Virus record (IMG/VR): IMGVR_UViG_3300025030_000180
Coordinates: 1 to 46,401 of that record
Strand: one strand, 5' to 3'
Origin: a virus
Taxonomy: Duplodnaviria; Caudoviricetes
DNA length: 46,401 bases
The stretch's first letter is position 1. Every line of letters starts with the position of its first letter. A program made the position numbers and the translations under genes. Of the stretch, positions 36,952-45,051 are shown piece after piece. The notes below the pieces were generated by a model that searched no databases, was not told where the DNA came from, and was given only the letters and a program-made list of their open reading frames with translations.

Positions 36952-38179
36952 CGTCGCTAACCTCCTCAAGTCTGGTGTATTTCCCGCAAAATTGTAAAAC
37001 CTGCTTTGCATGCGGCCCGTGCCTGTTCTTCCGCACATCAGCCATAATCATCGTTTTTTCATTTTTTGATCTTATCAAAAGTATTCCGAGGTCGCAAACT
37101 GCCGCCAACGTCCCTCCGCCTTTAAATTCCAGGCTGTTACCATCGTTGATATTTCGAGCAAAATCATTTGAGAGTTGAGAAAGAACAACAATATTCGTTT
37201 TGCATTGCTTCGCGATCCGCTGAAAAGCCTTAGCCGTGGTGTCGTGCTGCTCGTACTCCGATTTACAGCCTGGCACGGTGATATTTTGCATATAATCGAC
37301 TACGACCATATCCACGCCCCCCTTGAGGTGTTCGCGTCGAATTATGCCCTCTATGTTCGTTAATTCGTAGGCATCATCAAATATCTTCAGCCGCTGACTT
37401 TTAATCCATTCCTCAACCTGATCTGCCCGTTCTTTTTCGTGGTCCCATAATTTCCCGCTCAGAATTGCCCATGTCGGCAGTTCTGAGCCTCGGCTTATCA
37501 TCCTGGCAACGACTTGACTTTCGGTCATCTCCGTTGAGATGAGGCAAGACCTGGCCCCGGCTATCTTTTCGTGCATCCTGGTAATCATCTCAATGCTCAG
37601 GGCCGATTTGCCGACACTCGTAAAGGCGCCGATAGCCCAAACGTGGCCAGGGGAATGCATAGTGTGTGTCCGATCATCCAAAAAACTAAACCCGGAAGGC
37701 AGGCCGGCGCCGTTTCTTCTGGTGTCTAAAATTTGAGCGTTCACCCTGGCGACAACGTCAAGGATGTCCCCCGATGATTTGCTTTGATGCGTATGTTCGG
37801 CGACAAGGGCCGCTACCTCTGCAATGGTGTCGTCAGGATGCTCGTCGTCAACTTTTGTTATGATCCTGGTAAGCTCGGCCTTGATCTGACGGCATTGGTA
37901 TGCTTTGCGGATCTCCTCGGCGTAATATTTCAGCCGCGCCTTGAGCGGACAGGTGCATTCCATCAATCTTGCCAGATAAACGGCTGTACCGCCTCCAGCC
38001 TTTAGGAGGGTTACGAGGTCAACCGGCTTATCTGCCCGGAACATATCGACCATCGTGGAGTATGCCAGGCGCAACGGCTCTGTGATAAGCATGTCCGGGC
38101 TGGCGATGTCGAGTACATCTGGAATGGTGTCGGGGTAGCGTATGATGGTGGCGACGAATGATTGCTCTATTTCTTTCAC
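36935..38179 (-). CDS. dnaB: DnaB-like replicative helicase
   Basis: Walker A GAFTSVGKS, ISTEM, VVVDYMQ, VLSQL and KNRHG; N-terminal PVDLVTL domain. Confidence 0.9.
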   Translation of the reverse strand: MKEIEQSFVATIIRYPDTIPDVLDIASPDMLITEPLRLAYSTMVDMFRADKPVDLVTLLKAGGGTAVYLARLMECTCPLKARLKYYAEEIRKAYQCRQIKAELTRIITKVDDEHPDDTIAEVAALVAEHTHQSKSSGDILDVVARVNAQILDTRRNGAGLPSGFSFLDDRTHTMHSPGHVWAIGAFTSVGKSALSIEMITRMHEKIAGARSCLISTEMTESQVVARMISRGSELPTWAILSGKLWDHEKERADQVEEWIKSQRLKIFDDAYELTNIEGIIRREHLKGGVDMVVVDYMQNITVPGCKSEYEQHDTTAKAFQRIAKQCKTNIVVLSQLSNDFARNINDGNSLEFKGGGTLAAVCDLGILLIRSKNEKTMIMADVRKNRHGPHAKQVLQFCGKYTRLEEVSDDARNE

Positions 38180-38182
38180 GAG

Positions 38183-38863
38183 TTAAAACTCCGGTTGTAT
38201 TTTTCTGAACATATCGACATGGGCCGCATCCCGGCAGATTAACTCGATTCCGTCATATTTTTTCCTGTCTTTGTTCTCCCCTTGATGGAATGGCGAGTTT
38301 TTGCACCCCGTAACAGCTTCTTTTAGGTCTGCAACCGAATATCCATCTTTCAACCTGGCCCGGATCAATCTTTCCCTGGAAGAGTCCAGTTTTGATTTTT
38401 GGTGCTTCAACTCTTCTTTCCAAAAGTTGAAAACTTCTTCAACATCTTTCTTTTGTATAGTTTCTTTCTTTTCTTTTGTGTCCATCACTTTTGATAACAG
38501 TTTGTTATCACTTTTGATAACAACGGTTGCTTTTTTGATAACAGGTTGCTTTTTTGATAACAGCAACCATTCCGAATAATCCTTGTTAAATCGGTATGTT
38601 GGAATCTTTGTGTTATCACTTTTGATAACAAGTTGCTTTTCTGATAACCATTTTATGGCCCTGGAAACATTTCCCTTCTTTAATCCGGTCGCCGAACAGA
38701 ACTGGCCGTTTGATATTTGATCTTCACTTTTTTTAAACCCATACGTTTTTCTGAGGATGTAATCGAGGCATTGCCTTTGCTCCCCAGGTATGCGGAATTT
38801 GCAAAGGGCATCCAGGATCTCGTTGGCAATCATCGTGTAACCATTTTCGAGCTGCGGCGTCAT
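38183..38863 (-). CDS. Phage replication initiator (lambda O-like N-terminus)
   Basis: LENGYTMIANEILDAL..ILRKTYGF.K..D.IS..QF..TG; internal iterons; adjacent to helicase. Confidence 0.85.
   Translation of the reverse strand: MTPQLENGYTMIANEILDALCKFRIPGEQRQCLDYILRKTYGFKKSEDQISNGQFCSATGLKKGNVSRAIKWLSEKQLVIKSDNTKIPTYRFNKDYSEWLLLSKKQPVIKKATVVIKSDNKLLSKVMDTKEKKETIQKKDVEEVFNFWKEELKHQKSKLDSSRERLIRARLKDGYSVADLKEAVTGCKNSPFHQGENKDRKKYDGIELICRDAAHVDMFRKIQPEF
38485..38649. repeat. Replication origin iterons
   Basis: TTTTGATAACA at 38489, 38512, 38533, 38552 and 38620 plus a variant at 38639; two GTTATCACTTTTGATAAC palindromic units. Confidence 0.8.
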
Positions 38864-38960
38864 GTCAAGCCCTCAAACGCAAAAAACCGACCAGAAGGCA
38901 CGGATGGAAGGGTAGATCCTGGAGACTCCGCTACTTGTTTTCTTTTTATTCTTGTTGACT

Positions 38961-39197
38961 TCATTCGTATTTTTTTTGGTCTTTTACTGGATACCCCTCG
39001 TTCCATCTTTTTACCGCCGTCACCAGCACCTGGTCGAGCTTCCCGTCTGGTATTTCGTCCTCCGGCCCCTGTTCACACGGCACCTGCGGGCCGGTACACC
39101 CGCATTTCCGGCAATGGACTTGAGCATAAAAAATTCCAACGCTTGCAGCCAGGGTGATGATCGTATGGCACCATGGGCACGGTCTGGTAATTTTCAT
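38961..39197 (-). CDS. Lar-like restriction alleviation protein
   Basis: PCPWC..V.C..CG..GP..AV..WN. Confidence 0.6.
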   Translation of the reverse strand: MKITRPCPWCHTIITLAASVGIFYAQVHCRKCGCTGPQVPCEQGPEDEIPDGKLDQVLVTAVKRWNEGYPVKDQKKYE

Positions 39198-39424
39198 TTT
39201 GCCAACCCGCAACGTCCCGTCCAGGCTTCTTTAGGCATCGGGAGAGGAGTCCCGTCAAATCTCGGCTCATCCTTAATAACCCGCACCCAGCAAGCGCAAC
39301 CTGGGCCAAGGCACTTATCGGTATTTTCCCTACGATTTTCTTGATATACTCCGTCCGGCCCGATAGCAAGCCGGGCCATAGGGCACCATTTTTCTTGTGC
39401 TTCCTGTTCTGTCATCATATTCAT
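39194..39424 (-). CDS. Hypothetical protein
   Basis: TE.EA.EKWCP.AR..C.G..C..W..G.CGLA; ATGA overlaps. Confidence 0.7.
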   Translation of the reverse strand: MNMMTEQEAQEKWCPMARLAIGPDGVYQENRRENTDKCLGPGCACWVRVIKDEPRFDGTPLPMPKEAWTGRCGLAK

Positions 39425-39735
39425 GCCCCCTCGTCGGTTTCACCTGATTCATAATTTTTCTGGTAGTTAATTTCAGTAAACTTCTTCTCTGCGCCCTCTG
39501 GAGTCATGAAATGCCAGGCCCAAACGCCAAAAGCGCTGTCACCAGGCCATGATTCAGAGGCCTCACGGTGTACCGTCTCGCCGTTGAAAACCCGGTCTCC
39601 CTCTGGAGATATTCTCCGCTCGGAAACATCAAATCCGCCGTCCTCAATCACCTCGTACATAAAGGCAGATTCGCTCTTTTTGACCAGAGAATAGGCCTGC
39701 CCTTTTCGGCGCACTTCAGCCGGTAATAACTTCAT
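39421..39735 (-). CDS. Hypothetical protein
   Basis: GGAGG RBS; E..P.DSAFG.WAW motif. Confidence 0.65.
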   Translation of the reverse strand: MKLLPAEVRRKGQAYSLVKKSESAFMYEVIEDGGFDVSERRISPEGDRVFNGETVHREASESWPGDSAFGVWAWHFMTPEGAEKKFTEINYQKNYESGETDEGA

Positions 39736-39745
39736 TCGCAACCTC

Positions 39746-39988
39746 CTATTTTGATTTCATCCCCATGAATCCCCGCAAAAATTCAGGGATGTCAGCTCTA
39801 ACCGGCTTGGAACACTCGGCGCAGATTAATTTTGTGTCTTTGCGGATTTTCAGCCGGCCGGTGAATGTGGCGATTATCCTGCCACACCAGGTACAATGTA
39901 CCATGTTTTTAATTAGCTTTTTTGTGGCCGCTAAATCAATTTTCGCTATCTCCTCATCGTATTTTTTGCATCGTCTGCAATCGCACAT
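39746..39988 (-). CDS. Cys-rich hypothetical protein
   Basis: Three CxxC pairs; DIPEFLRGF. Confidence 0.55.
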   Translation of the reverse strand: MCDCRRCKKYDEEIAKIDLAATKKLIKNMVHCTWCGRIIATFTGRLKIRKDTKLICAECSKPVRADIPEFLRGFMGMKSK

Positions 39989-40031
39989 TTAAAAACCTTT
40001 TCTGTTATAAATTTAAGCTTCATTCCAACGC

Positions 40032-40253
40032 CTACCATCCTCCGCCCTCATTCGGTATCGCAGCAGACCCGACAATATAGCCCTGGTCGATGTTCCCTCT
40101 TTTCCCCTCGGCCATTTTCCCGTTTGGCAGTAATTTGACGATTGCAATTTCGACTGATCCGCTGGCGTACAAACAAAGCGACTTCGGCCATCGAGAGGCC
40201 AAATCGTTTAATTCCTTTATTGCTTTTTTCTCTTTCTCGGTGCATTGTACCAT
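40032..40253 (-). CDS. Hypothetical protein
   Basis: GGAG RBS; L..LA.RWPKSL.L..SG..IPN.GG.W. Confidence 0.6.
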   Translation of the reverse strand: MVQCTEKEKKAIKELNDLASRWPKSLCLYASGSVEIAIVKLLPNGKMAEGKRGNIDQGYIVGSAAIPNEGGGW

Positions 40254-40256
40254 TAT

Positions 40257-40532
40257 TCATAATTCTCCGAGCCTCCTGCATGTTTCCTCGTGTAAAAATT
40301 TGTCAGGGTATTTTTCCTGGAATTCCTTCGAGCCTTGCCCATGGCGAGATATCGGCCCGTCCTTGTGGCACAAATTACACAACGGCGCCACTTCCGAGTG
40401 CCGCCTTTGCCCCGCGCCGCAGTTGTGTCGGCAATGGTGGATGTGGATATTGTAAGGCGATCCACAAGCCAGGCATCCTATGAGTTCAACGATTCGCGCA
40501 AATCTGCGCTTCTGGGATGCTGTCGGTCTCAT
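40257..40532 (-). CDS. Ref/DUF968-like HNH-type nuclease
   Basis: GCLACG..IHH.R..GAGQR..V.PLC..CH; follows ninB. Confidence 0.7.
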   Translation of the reverse strand: MRPTASQKRRFARIVELIGCLACGSPYNIHIHHCRHNCGAGQRRHSEVAPLCNLCHKDGPISRHGQGSKEFQEKYPDKFLHEETCRRLGEL

Positions 40533-40978
40533 CTGCCAACGTCCTCCGGATGAGGCAAATAAATTGCCATGCCGATGGCGAAACGGTTGACCTCGGTCAT
40601 CAGTTCGGCCATCTGTTTGACTTTTAGCCTGGTGATCGATGTTTCACGGGCGACCCACCGTCTAAGCCTATCCTTCCTGCAATCATCCCACACCTGCTCC
40701 ACGTCCCGCCACATCTCGGCGTATTCGGCGTCATCCCTGACCAGGATCGGGACCAAAAAAAGGCGCTTCATTTCTTCGTGGGCCTCGTCTTTTGAGTACC
40801 CAAGCTCCGCGCCGATGATGCCGCACCAGGTAAAATACAGGCCGTCTTGGTCCCTGGTGCGGCTCTTACCCTTTTCTTTGATCACAACCTCATGAACCGG
40901 ATCTACCGGAAGGGCGGCGACGATTGCCCCGGCCCTGGCTATCAGTTCTGGAGTCCGGCAGATTATTTTGTGATTCAT
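40529..40978 (-). CDS. ninB: NinB/Orf family recombination protein
   Basis: V.IKE..RTRDQ..Y..W..I..G..H..K..FL..SIT.L.V.QM.E. Confidence 0.8.
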   Translation of the reverse strand: MNHKIICRTPELIARAGAIVAALPVDPVHEVVIKEKGKSRTRDQDGLYFTWCGIIGAELGYSKDEAHEEMKRLFLVPILVRDDAEYAEMWRDVEQVWDDCRKDRLRRWVARETSITRLKVKQMAELMTEVNRFAIGMAIYLPHPEDVGR

Positions 40979-41008
40979 TTTTCTATATTTATTCCGTTAT
41001 TTGTGTCT

Positions 41009-41053
41009 GTAACGGATATTCCGGAAGATTTTCCGGATAATAAGTTGTTGTGC
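41009..41053 (+). mobile_element. Putative attI-like/primary insertion site of the cassette array
   Basis: CCGGATAATAAGTT-GTTGTGC; the GTTGTGCC core is complementary to R'' GGCACAAC of the first attC; no full attC hairpin. Confidence 0.45.
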
Positions 41054-41054
41054 C

Positions 41055-41681
41055 TCAAACTACTCGGAACGAAACAGCCCACACCCACGGGTCTGCATCC
41101 CATGAGCCAGGGCCGTTGATTGACTCCCACAGGGTTTTGAATCGTTCCTGCGCATAGCATGGGGTAATCGACGTTGTTCCGCCTACCCCCTCGGCTATCG
41201 CATCACCAACGGAGATAGCGGTCAGGCGTTCAAGGCGGACATCTACTACCTCAAGGGTAATTCTGCTGTCAGTTCGGCGCATGTGGATTGACGGCCGTTT
41301 CCGGTAATGCCTACGGTTGGTGTCCTCTGGGGTCTCGGTGGCCGAGTAGTAAATACGGTCGTTGTTGTCCACGCATTCCCACCAGGATTCGCGGACGTAG
41401 AGGTGGTCACCCTTGCGGCCGCATGGGCACTTTACCACCTTGTCCCAGTTTTTACCGTAAAGGGCTATGCCCCCGATATCGTCCACGTAATCAGGTTGAG
41501 GGGACAATATACGTCTGGTCTGCGTCTTGTCCCCGGCCAGGATAGCGCGGACCATCGGCCCCGAGAATAGAACGGGGTGGCTGGCACAACCAGGCGCTAC
41601 ACCTGAAAACGTGGTGCTGGCGATTTCGGCACTTGCCGCCTTGGGTGTTTCCGTCATTTCAATCATAGTTTCGTTTCCCAT
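41055..41681 (-). CDS. ASCH/PUA-like phage protein (cassette 1)
   Basis: PVLFSGPMVRAILAGDKTQTRR, GD.LYVRE.W, RPSIHM..SRITLEV..ERL..IS..DA.AEG and PWVW. Confidence 0.8.
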   Translation of the reverse strand: MGNETMIEMTETPKAASAEIASTTFSGVAPGCASHPVLFSGPMVRAILAGDKTQTRRILSPQPDYVDDIGGIALYGKNWDKVVKCPCGRKGDHLYVRESWWECVDNNDRIYYSATETPEDTNRRHYRKRPSIHMRRTDSRITLEVVDVRLERLTAISVGDAIAEGVGGTTSITPCYAQERFKTLWESINGPGSWDADPWVWAVSFRVV

Positions 41682-41707
41682 GTTTCAGGTGAGCTAAAAC
41701 GTTAGCT
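41584..41707 (+). mobile_element. attC site 1 (124 bp)
   Basis: GCACAAC..GCT[A]CACCTGAAA[A]C.TGG / CCATGTTTCAGGTGAGC..GTTAGCT. Confidence 0.8.
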
Positions 41708-41923
41708 GACCACCAATAACCATTGCGGGTTTATCCCAACCTCGCAATCAAAACCCATATCAACAGAGAAATGCGAATCATTGCCCGGAAGAGATGAATA
41801 GTCGGCGGTGACAATGCCTGACTTACCGTCAAGGCTATCCCCATAGCATTCGAGCCAGTAGTTACGCTTTTTCATCCAATCACTTGCCCCATGCAAACAC
41901 AAAACACGATCTCCTATTTTCAT
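41702..41923 (-). CDS. Hypothetical protein (cassette 2)
   Basis: GGAGG RBS; stop TAA lies inside the GTTA core site. Confidence 0.7.
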   Translation of the reverse strand: MKIGDRVLCLHGASDWMKKRNYWLECYGDSLDGKSGIVTADYSSLPGNDSHFSVDMGFDCEVGINPQWLLVVS

Positions 41924-41952
41924 GATATTCCTCCAAAAGAAGTAAAAGAATC

Positions 41953-42038
41953 AGCTAACAATAAAATCAAGCTGACGGGTTGACGCTCCCGGTTTTTGCT
42001 GCAAGGCTTTAGGCCCGCAGCTTATTTAGGCGTTAGCC
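41953..42038 (+). mobile_element. attC site 2 (86 bp)
   Basis: AGCTAAC..AAT[C]AAGCTG[A]CGGG / CCCGCAGCTTATT..GTTAGCC, with canonical extrahelical bases. Confidence 0.9.
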
Positions 42039-42045
42039 CCCGCGT

Positions 42046-43155
42046 TCATCCCTTAATGTTCAGCAGTGGCTTGACGTGCGCAACAACCTCAACCATCTCG
42101 GTTTGTTGGCGCATCACATCAAAGATGCTCTTGTACGCAAAGGGCGATTCATCGAGCGTCTCTGCTGTTACCAGCGCAACCACTCCGCTCATTGTTCCGG
42201 TGAATTGCTCCATGTTCAAAGTGCGCTGCGCTTCCTTGCGCCCAAGCACACGGCCTGCGCCGTGTGAGCTTGACCACAAAGCGTCTGCATTGCCCTTGCC
42301 GCGTACGATAAAGCTGCCGTCCCGCATATTGCCGGGTATCACGCCCATCATCCCGGCCTCGGCGTGTGTAGCCCCCTTGCGGTGAATCCACAGCCCGTCT
42401 TTCAGTTCCGCGTGGTTGTGGTTTCGGTTTATCAGCGCATCCCAATCCCCAGCACCTGAACAGTTCGCTGAAAGCACGGTCTCAATTCGGCGCATGATTT
42501 CGCGCCGATTCTCAAGCGCCAGTTCAAGGCAAAAACCCAAGTCAGCGATGTAGTTAATCCCGTTTGTTTCGTTCACGTCAAAACCTAAATGACCCTCCCG
42601 CGCTTTCCCATCACCACTTGCCAACCGCATGTAGTGCGATGCAGCCGCGTGGCCTATGCCGCGTGATCCTGAATGAATCACAACCCAAACCTTTCCGGTT
42701 TCGTCTGCTCCAACTTCCGCGAAGTGGTTGCCCCCTCCCAAACTCCCTATCTGGCGTAGCCCGTTCTTGTCGAAAATCTCCTGCATCTTCGCAGTACGCG
42801 GCAAGCCGCTGTAATCCCATTCGGTGTTTTTCTGGTTGTGCGAAAACCCGACCGGAACGGCCTTATAAATCCCGTCGAAGATGGCCTTTGCTTTTTCCTT
42901 CACCTCGCCCGCCTCGAAGGTAGTTGGCAGGGCGCACATCCCGCACCCGATGTCATAGCCCACCCATGAAGGCAGTATCACTCCATCGGTTGCAACCACT
43001 GCGCCGATGGGCAACGAGTACCCCGCGTGCGCGTCAGGCATTAGCGCTCCACGAACAACAAAGTCCTGTTGCATGGCGCTTTCAAACTGGTTCAATGCCT
43101 CCTGTTCAAGCACTTCCGCAAATATCTTGTAAGGCTTGTCGGTATTGATGTTCAT
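42046..43155 (-). CDS. rtcB: RtcB family RNA 3'-phosphate/5'-OH ligase (cassette 3)
   Basis: MPDAH.G..PIG, VGYDIGCG, GSLGGGNHF, HSGSRG, HNH, HRKGAT and SSSHGAGR motifs all intact. Confidence 0.95.
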   Translation of the reverse strand: MNINTDKPYKIFAEVLEQEALNQFESAMQQDFVVRGALMPDAHAGYSLPIGAVVATDGVILPSWVGYDIGCGMCALPTTFEAGEVKEKAKAIFDGIYKAVPVGFSHNQKNTEWDYSGLPRTAKMQEIFDKNGLRQIGSLGGGNHFAEVGADETGKVWVVIHSGSRGIGHAAASHYMRLASGDGKAREGHLGFDVNETNGINYIADLGFCLELALENRREIMRRIETVLSANCSGAGDWDALINRNHNHAELKDGLWIHRKGATHAEAGMMGVIPGNMRDGSFIVRGKGNADALWSSSHGAGRVLGRKEAQRTLNMEQFTGTMSGVVALVTAETLDESPFAYKSIFDVMRQQTEMVEVVAHVKPLLNIKG

Positions 43156-43182
43156 AGTTTTTTACTCCGTAGTTAAGATGGG

Positions 43183-43246
43183 GGCTAACCCATCATTCAA
43201 GAGGGACGCTGCAAAAGCGCAGCGCCCCTTAATTCAGACGTTGGAA
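43183..43246 (+). mobile_element. attC site 3 (64 bp, VCR-like arms)
   Basis: GGCTAAC..ATT[C]AAG[A]GGG[A]CGCTGC / GCAGCGCCCCTTAAT..GTTGGAA. Confidence 0.92.
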
Positions 43247-43254
43247 AGCAGAGG

Positions 43255-43298
43255 CCCCATGGTCGGCATATCGGGCAAAGAACATGCCGACCATGGGG
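43255..43298. other. Perfect 15-bp inverted repeat at the 3' end of cassette 4 genes
   Basis: CCCCATGGTCGGCAT-14 nt-ATGCCGACCATGGGG. Confidence 0.7.
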
Positions 43299-43306
43299 AT
43301 TCAAAA

Positions 43307-43444
43307 TCACGCGGTGGCTTTTATCCCGAAAACTTTTTCAAGCAAAAGGCATCCCATTTGCTTCAAGGTGGCAAATTTGTTGCCACACTTGAAGCCGCCC
43401 CAAAAGACGCCGATGGTGAATAAAATCAAGATCAAGTTTATCAT
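43307..43444 (-). CDS. 45-aa membrane protein (cassette 4, second gene)
   Basis: GAGG RBS just after the vWA stop; MINLILILFTIGVFWGGFKCG. Confidence 0.55.
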   Translation of the reverse strand: MINLILILFTIGVFWGGFKCGNKFATLKQMGCLLLEKVFGIKATA

Positions 43445-43456
43445 TTTATTGGCCTC

Positions 43457-44065
43457 TTAATCATTGATGGCGGCAATAATCAAATCAGCCGTTGTCGGGA
43501 AGGCTTCGGCCTCTTCCATCGTTTTTGCGTCAACGATGTCGAACTTAGCTGCAGAGAGGTCATCATCCAGGCTCTTGAGATAGGCGGCAGCACCAGCGTC
43601 GCGGCCAACTTGGACGAAGAGGATGGTCAACGCATCATCGGTTTCCTGTTTGTGGGAGGCCTCAACAATAACTTTCGCAGCAGCAGCCTTGTCATCCGGC
43701 GTACCATCGGTGAAGACGATGATGAAGTCCTTCTTTTCTGACTTCCCGGCAAGTTTCAGCGCAGCCGTCAGAGCCTCGGCCAAAGGCGTTGACCCGCTGG
43801 GGCGGTTAGCGGCAAACACGTCTTTGATTTTTTGGACGTTTACACCATCTTCGGAGACGACACTTGTTCCGCTGAACAGCACCAGGCCAAGACCATCGCT
43901 ATCAAACTTTTCAACGTCCCGGCAAAGGGCAACGGCGCTTTCCTGGACAGCATCCCATCTGGAGCGGCCACCAGGCATATCGGTTTCACCCATTGATCCG
44001 GACTTGTCGATAACAACAACGAAATCATACTCACTCAACAATGCTTCCTTTTGATTCTGTTCCAT
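43457..44065 (-). CDS. vWA domain protein (cassette 4)
   Basis: GAGGT RBS before MEQNQ; MIDAS motif DKSGSM, GSTPLA.AL, FTDG.PD and FVQVG.D. Confidence 0.9.
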   Translation of the reverse strand: MEQNQKEALLSEYDFVVVIDKSGSMGETDMPGGRSRWDAVQESAVALCRDVEKFDSDGLGLVLFSGTSVVSEDGVNVQKIKDVFAANRPSGSTPLAEALTAALKLAGKSEKKDFIIVFTDGTPDDKAAAAKVIVEASHKQETDDALTILFVQVGRDAGAAAYLKSLDDDLSAAKFDIVDAKTMEEAEAFPTTADLIIAAIND

Positions 44066-44145
44066 TTCCAATACCTCGTATTGAGATTTATCAAAGTTTA
44101 TGGGCCAATCCCATAAACGTAGTGCGTTACTTTCGTGGTCTTGCT

Positions 44146-44236
44146 TTCCAACAAGCGCATACACTCGGAACGCCGGAACGTTCCGATTTTTCTCTGCTAA
44201 TTCAGTGGCGGCGTCCGGTGATGCTTGGCGTTATAT
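44146..44236 (+). mobile_element. attC site 4 (91 bp)
   Basis: TTCCAAC..GCAT[A]CAC[T]CGGA[A]CGCCG / CGGCGTCCGGTGATGC..GTTATAT. Confidence 0.85.
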
Positions 44237-44283
44237 TACGCCAAATAATTTAAGAAATACCTGGACACGATTTAATTTAATGT

Positions 44284-45051
44284 TCATGCACTCAGGTCTT
44301 TATTCCAATTTGGGCAGGTTGATATCTGCTTGCATTGTTCGGCCAGGCATTCGGCAATAGACATCATCGTCCCTGCCCGTTCCTCGCCTTCTGGGCATGG
44401 GTGGCGGGGCGGTTCGGATAACGGCTCGGATAAGGCCTTTGCTGCAAGCCTCTTTTCTGTCGCCGTGAAGTGCTGGCGGCAGTCGATAAGGTTCTTACCG
44501 GCCAGCTTGTTCCATACCGGCGCTTTTTGGGCTTTCAGGGCGGCAAGGTCAGCGGAATTTTTGCAGGCGTCAATTTCCTTCTTTGCCGTGGCGAGGATGG
44601 TGGTTTCTTCCGGCGATTCGGCCTTGGTGGCCTTGGCAGGTGTCTTTTCAGGTTCTTTACCTTTGCCGCTGCCGGCATTGCCGTCATCATCCTCGGGGGC
44701 GATGCCTACAATAGCGGAAAGGGCATACCTCCTGAGATAAGTTATCGTTGACCCGATGGCCTGAACGTCTCCCTTGGCCGGTGTAGCTGATACTCTGTCG
44801 CTGATCCATTCCCCACTTGCGTGAGAAAGAAGAGTTTCGACGCTTACCATCCCATCGAAAACGGTGGGCGATTGGATGACAGCCAGGCCATTTTCAGACA
44901 ACGGTGCCCGGCATGCGTCCCATACGGAGGAAAGGTCGGCATATTTTGACTTAAAAAAGGGGTTATCAGAATCCTTAACAGCCCCTTGTATCTGCCCTTG
45001 AGCCTTTGCCAGCGCCGCCGATAATTCTCCTATCCTTTCCGATTTGTCCAT
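44284..45051 (-). CDS. erf: ERF family single-strand annealing protein
   Basis: ALAKAQ..KDSDNPFFKSKYADL, LSHASGEW and GSTITYLRRYAL..GIA.EDDDG. Confidence 0.93.
   Translation of the reverse strand: MDKSERIGELSAALAKAQGQIQGAVKDSDNPFFKSKYADLSSVWDACRAPLSENGLAVIQSPTVFDGMVSVETLLSHASGEWISDRVSATPAKGDVQAIGSTITYLRRYALSAIVGIAPEDDDGNAGSGKGKEPEKTPAKATKAESPEETTILATAKKEIDACKNSADLAALKAQKAPVWNKLAGKNLIDCRQHFTATEKRLAAKALSEPLSEPPRHPCPEGEERAGTMMSIAECLAEQCKQISTCPNWNKDLSA

Larger units (their letters stand above)
41047..44236 (+). mobile_element. Integron-type gene cassette array (4 cassettes, no integrase in window)
   Basis: Four attC sites; each cassette's left core is the reverse complement of its own attC R'' over 8-11 bp. 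Confidence 0.88.

Noticed and set aside
43136-43423. 95-aa plus-strand ORF in canonical cassette orientation
   Set aside because: It runs across attC3 and overlaps the rtcB start; the minus-strand 45-aa ORF with an RBS explains the region better
44066-44164. 33-aa N-terminal extension of the vWA ORF
   Set aside because: It starts inside attC4 without an RBS; GAGGT precedes the ATG at 44065
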